DNA of 64,000 bases, from assembly GCF_009914755.1 (NCBI RefSeq), contig NC_060946.1; one strand, written 5' to 3'. Source of the DNA: the human T2T-CHM13v2.0 reference genome, Homo sapiens. Of this stretch, positions 38,546 through 63,659 are shown piece by piece. How positions within the stretch are numbered: the first letter of the stretch is position 1; each line of letters begins with the position of its first letter. The position numbers were made by a program, and so were the translations under genes. The notes under the pieces were generated by a model. It had not been told where the DNA came from. It saw nothing but the letters and a program-made list of their open reading frames with translations, and ran no database searches.

Positions 38546-38681
38546 TTGCCAAGCAATTGTTATTGGAAGGCTGGTAGACGGAATAATATTCCTGAAGGCC
38601 TCCCTCCTGGCTAAAGAATCTTTGGTCCATAGATGTCCACAGACATTCTATAATACTATACTGAATTTTTTTTTTTCTTGA

Positions 38682-38981
<300 letters not shown>

Positions 38982-39287
38982 TAGCTTGGCACGGTGGAGC
39001 ACAAATGTAGTCCCAGCTACGGGAGAGGCTGAGGTGGGAGGTTCGCTTGAACCCAGGAGGTCAAGGCTGCAGTCGGCCATGGTCACACCACTGCACTACA
39101 GTCTGGGTGACAGAGTAAGACCTTGGTCTCAAAAAATATGTATATATTTTCTCTTCAACCTAAAAGTTTATTTTTTTCTGATTGTATAAGAAATTAAAAC
39201 ATTTTAGGCTGGGCGCAGTGGCTCACGCCTGTAATCCTAGCACTTTGGGAGGCCGAGGCAGGTGGATCACCTGAGGTCAGGAGTTCA

Positions 39288-39515
<228 letters not shown>

Positions 39516-39903
39516 TTAAAACATTTTGGTGTCATGGGCCTGAGGCATCATGCCTGCTGAGCCTGGTGGTGCACACAGCTTCCCACGGGGCTCCTGCTAT
39601 TGGGAGACTTTGGTCCTGACATCCCTGAGACCCCTACTGTGTCCTCTGCTGTCCTCCTCCCAAAGAACAAACAGATCAACACCCCGGCAATATCCATTTT
39701 AACTCTTGCTTCCCTCTCTGCCGAGCCCTCCCCAGCAGCACACAGAGGGACTGGGAAGACCCTCAGTTACTGGTGGGGTGTGGGAAACACAGAGGTTTCA
39801 GCAACAGATAGATAATGTCCAGTCCCGGCTCTGTCACCTACAAGCTAAGTGGCCATGACAGGTTGCTTCAAGCCTCGTTTCTGCATCTGTGAAAGGGAGC
39901 TAA

Positions 39904-40218
<315 letters not shown>

Positions 40219-40347
40219 TGATCTACCCGCCTCGGCCTCCCACAGGGCTGGGATTACAGGTGTGAGCCACTGTGCCCAGCCTTAATTTTAATTTAAAAAG
40301 TTAACCTATGGGCTGGGTGCGATGGCTGACACCTGTAATCCCAGCTA

Positions 40348-40473
<126 letters not shown>

Positions 40474-41215
40474 TTATATATATGACCATCAGGTCTCCAG
40501 GATGTTTAGGCTGCCTGAGGGGGGGTCCCCTGCTCCTGCAGCTCTGATGAGCTGACCGTCCCTCCTTCAGGGGACTTCCACAGAGCTCTCGCCTCATCCA
40601 GCCCAGGGATCTTCCTGTTTAACTTGATGGCCGGGTCCGGGGCCCCTCTCTACACAGCAGCCACTGGCCATGCCTGGCCACCCATCCCCAGCTAGTGTCC
40701 CTCCAGGACCACCCAGGTCCCCTGGAGCTCTGGGGTCATCCCATCTCACCTGAAATCAGGGTGGGGCCTTGAAGGAGGAAGGAATTTGGAGACTTAGCAG
40801 GGAGTGGGCCAAAGCCACCGAGCTTTCTCCCTTTCTCCACTCCTGCCCCCACAGTCTTTCCACCAACCACTGGTTCTTTGTAAGATGTAAATGACAACAT
40901 TCCACTCTCCTGCTTTAAACCCTCCAGGTTTCTCCTTGCACTTACAGCGAAATCCAAACTCCCCTCTCAGCTAACCAGCCCCACACGATCGGGTCCGGTC
41001 CACCTCTTAGCCCCGTCTCACGCCACCTGCCCCCTGGCCACACTGACATCTCTATCCCTTGAATTCACCAGGCTCATTCTAGTCTCATGCCTTATGTCCT
41101 TGCTGTTCCTTCCACCTGGAATTCTTCCTCAGCTCTTGGCTGGATTGAGCTCCTTATCATGTCAGTTTTAACTCAAAAGGGGGATGGATGGACAATCGGA
41201 TGGATGGATGGGTGC

Positions 41216-43208
<1,993 letters not shown>

Positions 43209-43605
43209 TCAGCAGGAGGAATTGCTCATCATAGAGCCCCAAAGGGTGGGTATCTTCAGGGCCCCAATCTGGTGCAGCACGGCCCCTCCCTCCATCCCTC
43301 CTGCCCCCTCCCTGGCTTATCATCCCAGCCTTTTGAACCAGGAAGCCTCCGTCTCAGGGCCACGCCAACTTATGCACGTGTGGTGCTGGGTGGATTTACA
43401 GAAAAGATCATCAGGTTCTGTGTCCACCTTCTTATAAGTGGCAAGAAGATTTTCCATCTCTGTGTCTTTAGAAATTGAAGATATAAACCAAGCTGCTTCT
43501 GTGACTTGGGTGGTCCTTGAGTGCTCTTCCTCAGAGACAGGTGACCTGAGTCCTGAGCGCAGTTCCTTCTCCCTGGCCCAGGCCACACAGTCTTTCCATG
43601 GATAG

Positions 43606-43902
<297 letters not shown>

Positions 43903-45744
43903 TGACCTGAGCCTTCTGCAGCTTAATCACCCAGTCACAGCTGTCCATGCGGGCGGGTACCTGGGGATGGTGAGGAGAGGCTAAAACAACAGAAGCAATG
44001 AAGCAACGCTGCTCACCCCAGCATTCCCACCCCACCCCCAGCTTCTGGCAGGATTATATCTGCCAAGGACAGGACTATATCCGCCTCAATCTTTGTGTTT
44101 GCCAAGCAGGGAGAGGAGCATTTATCCGTCTCTAATGTGGTAAACAACCAAAGGAGGTCCCCCGCCAAGTGCAGCCCTAGTCGCAGGAGCACACCCACTC
44201 CCAAGGCTTCTGATCCACCCTGAGCACCTATGGCCACTGGAAACCCCCACTCTTACTGAAGTCTGTCCCTGGGGGCAATCCCCTTCCTCTCACAGTTGGC
44301 CCCAGCTCTGCCCTGGGCCACACAGATTCTGCTGCCATCACTGCTTTTCTGATGATTGCAGTCTCAGGACCATCTGGGCTGCCTCCCCGCAGCACCCCGT
44401 ACATATACAAGCCTCCTTCCTCAAGGGGAAACACCTATGAGCCCCCAGGGCCTCATCTCCCAGAATCAGAATCCAAAGGATTCCAGAAGCAGCTTGGTTT
44501 AAATGGACATTTTCCTGAAGGCCAAAATCAACAGGTACAGGCCTTCAGGGAAATGTCCATTTCAGAAGCTGACCCTTTATTTTTAGGATGGGAGCAGGAC
44601 CTACGTGCCGTAATACCCTTGCAGGTCAAGTTCACAACCCCCGAGACCCACCAACCAGAGCGGTCATGAATTCTCCCCTAATTCCCAGAGCCCCTGGGGA
44701 GACCATGGGCTGCAGGAGAGCAGATGAGACTGTGGCTGGGTGTCCAGAGCTGCTGCCTGCTCCGGCACCTTCATGGAATGGCATTGGCCTCAAGTCCTCG
44801 CTGCCTCTTACTGGCTGTGTGACCTTGGGCAGGCCAGGTAGCCTCAGCTTCCTAGAGAATGTATGTAATGGGCTTGGCATACAGAATATGGCACATAGTA
44901 GGTACTCAACTATTATTATTCTGTATTTAATAGCTAATTGGCTGGCATTTGCTCAGCACTCTGCATACATTGGGCCATTGCGAGGTCTCTCGCCTGCATC
45001 TTAGTTTGCTAATTAGGTGCTTATCTGGGACCTTCCTGGAGCAGGCATTCTCTGCTCCATTCTCTCCTCTGTACGCGTGACAGCCCCAACCCTTGTTCCC
45101 CCAGCAGGAGCAAAAGGGGTTGGGTATGATGACCTCCAGCTCAATGTCTAAGGATCTCTGGGTTTCAGTTTCCCCCTCGGCCAGCTCCTCCTGCCCCTAC
45201 CAGCCACCTCCCAAGCTGGGGATTTCACTGGCCCACCTTTGTTCCCTGCAGAATCCTAGAGTCCTCCAGCCCTTCCCTCTCTGGCCTTCACACTCCACAT
45301 CCTCAGCCCAGCACAGGAGCCAATTTTGCAAAGAGGTAAAGAGACCTCACCACTGCTGCACCAGTCTGTCCATTTCCTAGCAGGCAACTGGCACTTGTTT
45401 GGTTTTATAAATTAAGGTTTCGATTCTTGGCCAGGCGCGATGCCTCACACCTGTAATCCCAGCACTTTGGGAGGCCAAGGGTGGTGGATTACCTGAGGTT
45501 AGGAGTTCAAGATCAGCTCTGCCAACATGGTGAAACCCCATCTCTACTAAAAATACAAAAATTAACCGGGCATGGTGGCTCATGCCTGTAATCCCAGCTA
45601 CTCAGGAGGCTGAGGCACAAGAATCATTTGAACCCAGGAGGTAGAGGTTGCAGTGAGCCAAGATGGCACCACTGCACTCCATCCAGCCTAGGAGACAAAG
45701 CAAGACTCCTTCTCAAAAAAAAAAAAAAAAAACAGTTTCAATTC

Positions 45745-47815
<2,071 letters not shown>

Positions 47816-48092
47816 GCCAGGCGCTCCCCGCCCCGGACGGAGTCTTGCTCTATCACCCGAGCTGGAGTGCAGTGGTGCAATCTCAGCTCACTGCAACTTC
47901 CGCCTCCCAGTTCAAGCCATTCTCCTGTCTCAAGAAGGGTGGTTGTCAACGGGGTGGTTTAGATGTTTGAAGAGAGAAAGCATTTACCTCCCCCTGCTGG
48001 CCACTAAGAGAACAATATAAATTAGGAAGAAAAACAGCTTTTCAATTGCTAAACCTCTACTTAAAAATATGACAATTAAGACAAGCATGTGA

Positions 48093-48453
<361 letters not shown>

Positions 48454-48821
48454 TAGCCAGGACGGTCTCAATCTCCTGATCTCATGATCCGCCCACCTCG
48501 GCCTCTCAAAGTGCTGGGATTGCAGGTGTGAGCCACCGCGCCTGGCCCTTTTTTTTTTTTTCTCAGACAGGATCTCACTCTGTCACCCAGGCTGGAGAGC
48601 AGTGGCAGTGACTCAAACATGGCTCCCTGCAGCCTCAACCCCTTAGGCTCAAATGATCCTCCTGCCTCAGCCCCCCAGGTAGTTGGGACTACAGGTACAT
48701 GCCACCACATCCGGCTAATTTTTATATTTTTTGTAGAGACATGGTATCGCCATGTTGCCCAGGCTAGTCTTGAACCCCTGGGCTTAAGCGATCCTCCTGC
48801 CTTGGCCTCCCAAAGTGCTAG

Positions 48822-49133
<312 letters not shown>

Positions 49134-50192
49134 TAGACAGGATGGTCTCAATCTCCTGACCTCATGATCCGCCTGCCTCGGCCTCCCAAAGTGCTGGGAT
49201 TACAGGCATGAGCCACCATGCCTGGCCAACACTTTTCTCTTTCTAAAGGCTGGGATGTATTCCACCTTCGACATTTTCAGCCAGTCACCTACTGGTGGAC
49301 ATTTAGGTTGTTTCTAGTCTTTGACTTTTACGAGCAAACCTGCATGATCCTCTGTGAACGTGGCCCTTTGTGCAAGCGTGTCATGATTTCTAGGGGACAA
49401 CTGAGCGCTGACTTTGTGCATATGCTATCACTTTAACCACATGCCAACCCTTGAAGTAGGTATTACAGTCTCCATTTTACAGAGGAGCAAACTTAGAGAG
49501 GTTAGGTAATTTGCCCCAAGTTGCCCAGGAAGTAAGAACCCAGGTCTGAGGGCAGGGTTGACGCTAACCCATCAGTGCTTTTGTGCAAATTAGGAAAAGG
49601 TATAACCCACCCCAGGATGAGGGGTTTGGCAGATGGAGGTGAGCTGGATGTCTGGTTGAATGCTTAGCCAGGTGCTATGTGCAGTGCGCAACCTGCCCAA
49701 CCGTTCACGGTGGCGCTGTGGGGTTCCTGAGTTGTCACCTGAAGGTGAATTGTGGGTTCAGGTCTGGAGGTCAGTGAAAAAGTGATGGATATGAACTGGA
49801 TAAAGGCCAAGTGTTTGTTTGCATTCATTCCATTCATTCAACCACCATCTCCTGAACCTCTGTGAGTAGGGCCCATGGATATACAGAGAAGCAAGTAGAA
49901 ATGGCCCCTGACCCAATCCAGCCCCTTCCCAGCAGAAAAAGAGACCCACAGCAAAAGGCAGCCCAAAGGGAAAAGGCGTTTCGTGAGGGCAGAGAAAAGG
50001 CCCACAGGCTGGGAGGCAGGTGACAAAGCTCTGGGGCTACTGGTTCTGTGACTTTCAGCAAGCCACTAATCCACTCTGGACTCAAATGAGACTTGGACCA
50101 GCACCTTCTAACTGTAGGCTGCCAAAGAGAACAGAACAGAAGATATCAGTATGCCTGGCACGTAGGGTAAGTATTGCCGTGTGAAACTTGAT

Positions 50193-50238
50193 TATGTGTG
50201 CGTGTGTGTGCACGCGTGTGCGTGTGTGTGTGTGTGTG
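50193..50238. repeat. (TG/CG/CA)n alternating purine-pyrimidine tract
   Basis: 46 bp of uninterrupted pyrimidine-purine alternation. Confidence 0.9.
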
Positions 50239-50239
50239 A

Positions 50240-50439
<200 letters not shown>

Positions 50440-50564
50440 TAGTAGAGATGCGGTTTCCCCATGTTGGTCAGGCTGGTCTCGAACTCCTGACCTCAGGTGA
50501 TCCGGCCACCTCGGCCTCCCGAAGTGCTGGGATTACAGGTGTGAGCCACGGCGTCCGGCCTAGT

Positions 50565-54095
<3,531 letters not shown>

Positions 54096-55210
54096 TCCTG
54101 ATGTAAAACATATTTCTTAAATTGGAAATCTGCCACAAAAGATCGAAAAGCTCTGGACTAGATAGATGATCTCAAAGATTTCTTTTTCTTTTTTCTTTTT
54201 TTTTTTTTTTTTTTGAGATGAAGTTTCACTCTGCCACTCATGCTGGAGTGAAGTGGCGCGATCTCGGCTCACTGCAACCTCCATCTCCTGGGTTCAAGCG
54301 ATTCTCCCACCTTTGCCTCCCTAGTAGCTAGGATTACAGGCACGCAACCAACACGCCTGGCTAATTTTTTTTTTTTTTTTTTTGTATTTTTAGTACAGAC
54401 GGGGTTTCACCATGTTGGCCAGGCTGGTCTCAGATTCCTGGCCTTAAGTGATCCGCCTGCCTGGTCCTCCCAAAGTGCTGAGATGACAGGTGTGAGCCAC
54501 TGCGCCTGGCCCAATCTCAAAGATTTCTTCCCGCTCTAGAATTCTCTAACTCTGTGAGAACTGCATTCTGATCCCCTCCCCCCAGCAGCTGCAACTCTAA
54601 CAGAAAGACAAGGAAGTTCTTCCTTGGAGCTGATCCAAGTCTTTCCTGCTGTCCTTGAAGTCCTTGTCCTGCAGGGAGGCAGGGAGACAAAGTGCCAGTG
54701 TGCAGGGCTGTAGGCAAGCCAAGGCGGGGAGAAGTGAAGACAGGTGCTTTGAAGCTATATGCTCTAGGAGAAGAGAAGGAAAAGGGTAGGACCAAAGCCC
54801 TAAACCTAGAGAATGGAACTGACGGCCTCTCCCAGTATACCAATAGCAGCCACCATTTGGAGCCTTTTTTTTTTTTTTTTTTTGACACAGTACCTAGCTC
54901 TGTTGCCCAGGCTGGAGTGCAGTGGCACGATCACAGCTCACTGTAGCCTCGACCTCCTGGGTCCAGCCATCCTCCTACCTCAGCCTCTCAAATAGCTGGG
55001 ACCACAGGCATGCACCACCATGACGGGCTAATTTTTAAAATTTTTTTATGGAGACGGGGTCTTGCCATGTTGCCCAGGCTGGTGGAGGCTTCTTTATTTA
55101 GAATTTATAGAGTGCCAGCCAGGCGCGGTGGCTCACGCCTGTAATCCCAGCACTTTGGGAGGCCGAGGTGGGTGGATCACGAGGTCAGGAGATCGAGACC
55201 ATCCTAGCTA

Positions 55211-55429
<219 letters not shown>

Positions 55430-55458
55430 CTACCGCGTGCTAGGTAATGTACGTGTAA

Positions 55459-55778
<320 letters not shown>

Positions 55779-55903
55779 TAACCTCCCAGCAACCGAGGTT
55801 GGAGAGGTGAAGTGACTTACCCGAAGTCACACAGCTCTGCACTCTCCTGTCCTGCACTTCTTTCCCTCCAGCATTGCCATGCTCCCCAATTCTAAAGATT
55901 TTA

Positions 55904-56107
<204 letters not shown>

Positions 56108-56183
56108 TCACCTGAGGTTGGGAGTTTGAGACCAGTCTGACCAACATGGAGAAACCCTGTCTCTACTAAAAGTACAAAAATTA

Positions 56184-56585
<402 letters not shown>

Positions 56586-58845
56586 TCATTCTCCATTCAC
56601 TGCCCCTTCTGTCTCACACTCATTCAGCCACCTGTCGGGTAATTGGTCCCTCGCCCTCCTCTGCAGCACTTTGAATAAACCCACACAGGACTTCGGACAG
56701 CCCCACCAGCCTACAGCTTCTCGGCTGATTGTCTTTGTGGCACCATCCAATCTGAAAGTATATTGTTCATTTACGGGCTGAGTAATTTACTTGAATGTAA
56801 ATTCTACCAGGGCAGGGGCTTGCCTCTCTTATTCCCCCCAACTTCCTCCCCTGTCCTGCCACAGGACTTGGCACAAGGTGGGCGCTGAATCATTAATTGC
56901 TTTCTTGTGTAACCTCGACCTCAGAGTCATGCTGTAAACTCCAAGTGCTAGAGCACAAGAATGAAAAGTAGCAACTGTCCATCAGCCAACTAACACGGGG
57001 CAGTATTTGCATATTGTCTTCCCATTGATGAAATCCGCTGTCTCTAGTTTCCTTCTGGCCAGTGGGGTAAGGGCATAGTATCCGCCTCAGTGTCCACGCC
57101 CCTGTAATTTACATCTTCCTACCCAATGAAAAGGTGTCCGGGGGTGGGGAAAAGGGAGTTGCTCAGACTCTTCATTCCCCAGCCCCTTCTGTCCCCTAAC
57201 TGGTTGGCACACAATTCAGTCACTGGCAAACATGACCCCATCCGGTACACCTGAGCACCTAGAGTAGGGAGAGGCTGATATTATGAAGAGCTGGGGCAGA
57301 GGAGGCTGGGGACTAGAGTCCCACTCTGCAGCAGAGATGGTCCACACCATGTAGTCAGACCTTGAGGTGAATCTACATAAGCTCTTCTCAGATCTAAGGT
57401 CCTTGGGGAGCTAGAGCAGGCAGGAACAGTTGGCTTGGGGAGCATGAGGTGGACTGAGCAGAGGTTAAGGTTCTCTAACTTTGGGCAGACATTCCTGGGC
57501 CGGCTAACTGCAGCCTTGACCTCCTGGGCTCAAGCGATCCTCCTGCCGTATCGAGTAGCTGGGACTATAGTTGCATACCACCACACTCAGCGCTGAGCTA
57601 ATTCTTTTTTTTTTTTTTTTCTGGTTGCCCAGACTGGTCTCAAACTCCTGAGCTCAAGTGATCCTCCTGCCTTGGCCTCCCAAAGTGTTTGGATTACAGT
57701 CGTGAGCCCCCTGTGCCTGTGCCCAGCCTCTCCAAGGGGCTTTTACATGGTGGTCACCCAGAGAAAACCAGCAGGGTAGAGCCTGCAGCACCTTGGAAAT
57801 CAAGCAGAACTTGGCCCCAGCTCCCCATTTATGGCTACAGGCAAGAGTTTCTGTAACCTCACTGGCCCTCTACTTTCCTCCTCTGTAATTTGAGAAGACT
57901 AATAACTATCTTAAAGTACTGGTATGATATAAATGAAAAAGCCATGGCACATAATGGATGAGTCAATAAATGGTAGCAAATTATCCTGATTTGGAATCAG
58001 ATCAAAGGTAGTGAAATGAACTGTCACATGGGAGATTCCCACCTGCCCCCCAATCTTCCCAGGACATGGAAAAGCCCAATGAACAAATCCATTTCATTAG
58101 TGGCCACAGTCCCCTCACTCCCACCCTGAAATGGCCCAGATTTCCCTTGCAGCAGATTTTTTTTTTTTTTTTTTGAGATCTCACTCTGTTGCCCAGGTTG
58201 AAGTGCAGTGGCATAATCATGGCTCACTGTAGCCTCAACCTCCTGGACTTAATCCATCCTCCCACCTCAGCCTCCCTAGTAGCTGGGGCCACTGGCAGGC
58301 GCCATCATGCCTCGCTAATTTTTTTTTTTTGAGACAGAGTCTCACTGTGTTGTCCAGGCTGGAGTGCAGTGGCACAATCTCAGCTCACTGCAACCTCCGC
58401 CTCCCAGGTTTCAAGCAATTCTCCTGCCTCAGCCTCCCAGATAGCTGGGATTACAGGCATGCATTACCAAGCCCGGCTAATTTTTTGTATTTTTAGTAGA
58501 GATGGGGTTTCACCATATTGGCCAGGCTGGTCTCGAATTTCTGACCTCAGGTGATCTGCCCACCTCGGCCTCCCAAAGTGCTGGGATTACAGGAGTAAGC
58601 CACTGTGCCTGGCCATGCCTGGCTAATTTTTTAAATTTTTTGTAGAGACGGGGTCTTGCTGACCTTGTAGCAGGTCTTATTTTTGCTGTCCCATTGTTTC
58701 AGGCAATCTAGATTTTGGGGGAAAGGCTTAACTGCAAACAACCAATGAGATAATCTTCTGTAACACAGGCATTTATATATTTGTACTGAATTATATTTCT
58801 TTTCATCTTAAACATCATTTTCTTTTTTAATTTTATTTATAATAA

Positions 58846-59031
<186 letters not shown>

Positions 59032-59535
59032 TAGTAGAAACGAGGTTTCACCATGTCGGTCAGGCTGGTCTTGAACTCCTGACCTCGTGATCCACCCACC
59101 TCGGCCTCCCAAAGTGCTGGGATTACAGGTGTGAGCCACTGCACCCAGCCAACATGATTCTTTTCAATTAAGATAATTTATTAAATTCACCGGGAAATAG
59201 AGCTAAATTTTAATACTTTGTGAGCCTTTTATTGTGTAAATTCACACATTTTGGCAATGATGTTGGTTACACCACTTGGCCCAGATCGGATTCAGAAAAT
59301 AGAGCCCTTCTCCCTGTCCCCTGCACACATACATGAGGAGTTGAATACATCCATTCCGTAGGCTCTGTCATCTTTCTGATGTCTGCTCTCTCCCAGTCAG
59401 CAGCAGCATCTGGAATCATGGCTCCTGGGATCATGCATGAACTTTGGGTGCAGAGAATCAAGCTTGAGTTCAAATTCTGCTTTCTGTCTTCTTAGCTGTG
59501 TGACCTCAGGACCTTTGCACTTGCTGTCTGCGTAG

Positions 59536-59877
<342 letters not shown>

Positions 59878-59988
59878 TAGTAGAGACGGGGTTTCACCAT
59901 GTTTGCCAGGACGGTCTCAATCTCCTGACCTCGTGATCCGTCCGCCTCTGCCTGGCAAAGTGCTGGGATTACAGGCTTGAGCCACTAG

Positions 59989-60309
<321 letters not shown>

Positions 60310-61596
60310 TGAAGGCAGGGACTTGCTCTGATGTGGGCTCTTGTGATGGAGACACGTGGGGGCCTTGGCCAACCACATCCTTGCTCAGAGTCTCAGATTT
60401 CTCATCTGTAAAACAGGAAGAATAGAATTCAACTCTGAGGTCTGTGGGAATATTAAAGGCGACAATGACAACCATGGTCCTCTGTGCCCCCCTCCCCTGA
60501 GGTTCCCATGCCCGGAAGGGACATGCAGGATCTGACTGGAGTCACAGGGGCTGAGGCTGGGGCCACGCCTCAGTTTGTTTCCTGAACCTTCTACAATCCT
60601 CCTCCAAGAAAGAATTGCATGTCCTCCCCCATATCTCTCCTCCAAGTTTGCAAGGATGCCCATCTCCCCAGCTCCTATTCCCTCGCCCCAGCCCTCCCTC
60701 ACCAACGTTTCCAGTGTTCCAGGGGTTTTCTTAGGAAGGAGCTGAGGTGTTAAATCCTTAGAGGTCGGCATGGCTTAGGTGATTATAGCTGAGCTTTACC
60801 TGCCCTTCTCAGGGGTTCCTCAAGTCTCTCAAAGCAACACATTTGCTCATGGTGGGGAATGGGTGGGAACGGCTGCCACAGGCATTTCCTCCAAGTTTCC
60901 CGTGTTGGTCCTCCTTCCTTTCACCATCTTTAGGTTCCTCCTACCGTACCTCCTACCCTGATCCCCAGTTTGGGCCAGGCCCTTCACGCATAGACACAGC
61001 TCCTGAGTCTACCTTATCACGCCCTGCTCCCCAGAACTCAGAGGGACAGCCTAGAGCCTTTGTTACAAGCACAGCCTGGCTCGCCTCTCCAAACCCCCAT
61101 ACTCACTGTGCAATGTTGGGCATATTCATTCATTTATTTGATGCATATTTATTGAATACTTATTGTGTAACAGTTACTGTTTTAGGGCTTGGGGATATAT
61201 TATTAGTGAAGTAACTAAATAAAATCCATTGCCGTGGTGGAGCTTACATTCTGGTGGGGGAGAGAGACACAAAACACAACAAAGAAATGAAATATGTAGT
61301 GGAGATAAGTGCTAAGGAGAAAAGTTCAGCAGAAAAGGTGGTAGGGAACATGTGGTAGGGGATTAATTTTGCAGACACACTTGTTCAAGATCATCCAGAA
61401 AGCAGTGAAGTCAGAATTTGCACCTAAATCAAATCTATTTTGTCTTTAAAAGTGACTCCTGACAGCACAGACATGTCCCTAAATGAATGCAGTAAATGCG
61501 ATGTGAGTTTTATTTCAGTAATAATTCATCTCAGGCTGGGCGTGGTGGCTCACGCCTGTAATCCAAACACTTTGGGTGGTCAAGGCAGGTGGATCA

Positions 61597-61878
<282 letters not shown>

Positions 61879-61952
61879 TCAGGCGGGTGGATTACTTGAG
61901 GTCCAGAGTTCGAGACCAGCCTGGCCAACATGGTGAAACCCCGTCTCTACTA

Positions 61953-62153
<201 letters not shown>

Positions 62154-62495
62154 TCAGTAGTAAAAGACATAAACAAAAAGCTATAAGTATACACTACGTT
62201 ACAGCTTTTGTTGAGGAATGCAATAAACATACATATCACTTCCCTGTATAATCTCAATGGCCTTTGGGAGAGAATTTAGAAAAGCATCCCAGTCGCTGAA
62301 TGGTTGAGTTTAGGGGAAAAACTGACCCAGCACAGCCCCCTCATCTCCTGGATGAGGTTACTGCGGTTCCGCAAGGTGAATCGAGGTCAGTCGCCAAGGC
62401 AGAACCGGATTCGCCAGATTCCCTAGTCTCAGTGGAGCTTTAACCCTCCCAGGCACAGGACCGCTGGAGAGGTCGCCACGGGCCGGTTTCCCAGC

Positions 62496-62514
62496 CGGCC
62501 GCGAGGGGGCGACA
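62496..62514 (+). promoter_or_regulatory. Candidate CTCF site in a small CpG-rich patch
   Basis: CGGCCGCGAGGGGGCGACA closely matches the CTCF core CCGCNAGGGGGCG. Confidence 0.6.
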
Positions 62515-62840
62515 GAGTGCAATGGACCCAGGTGAGTCGGGGACCAGGCGCCGCCAGGTCGTGACGCCACAAGGTGAGGGAGGTCTTTGATGGAGGGAGA
62601 TACAGGAGAAAAGGCGCCGAGCTTAGGAAGTCTGTTCGTACTGTCCTCCCCGATTCCAGTCTGGCTCCCACTGCTATCTTCCTCCCACTGCTGGACCCTT
62701 CTAAAACAAAAGCCTGACTTTGCTACCATCCGTAAAACTGTAACGACACCTCCAACGTTGCTTACAGGGAAAAAAAAAAAAAAGGGCAGCAAAACATGGG
62801 ACCTGGGTGATCTTGCCCCAGCCTAATTCCAAGATATCTC

Positions 62841-63042
<202 letters not shown>

Positions 63043-63266
63043 TAAGTAGCTGGCACTAAAGGCGCGCCCAGATAATTTTTTTTTTTTTTTTTTTTTTAGT
63101 AGAGACGGGGTTTCACCGTGTTAGGATGGTTTCGATCTCCTGACCTCGTGATCCGCCCTCCTCGGCCTTCATCCTACTTTTTCTCCCTGAATATCTTTTC
63201 GCACCAGCTCTACGTGGAGAAATCCGACTGTCTTTGAGCGAAGTACAGTATCACTTTCTCTTGAAA

Positions 63267-63312
63267 CCTCCCCTGACACGACCCCTCCCCTGACACGACC
63301 CCTCCCCTGACA
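63267..63312 (+). repeat. 17-bp tandem repeat, ~2.7 copies
   Basis: CCTCCCCTGACACGACC x2 plus CCTCCCCTGACA. Confidence 0.95.
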
Positions 63313-63659
63313 ACACCCCCACCCACCCCACCCCAGTTTGGGGGAGGAGCCCCCTCCTTTGTTCCCACTACCCCGTGGGCTTCCCCTATCACACTGTAAT
63401 AAATATCTGGCCTTGTCTATCTCCTTCTGTGCCCATCACAGAGCAAAGCAAATACAAAGAGTTCATTAAACGTTGGCTGGATGAATGGAGGAGACGGCAC
63501 AGGGTTCAAGCTCTGCTACTTGTGCGGCCTCAGGCCGACTAATTATCTGGTGGGTTTGTTGTAAGGAGTCAGAACTAAATGGATTAATTACAAATAGTGC
63601 TTAGGACAATGCCCAGAATACTGTAAGCACTCAAGAAACTGATTTATTTTCGTCATTTT

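Noticed and set aside
59267-59473. Minus-strand ORF in unique sequence as a possible exon of a divergent transcript
   Set aside because: No strong splice sites or homology identifiable from the sequence alone.
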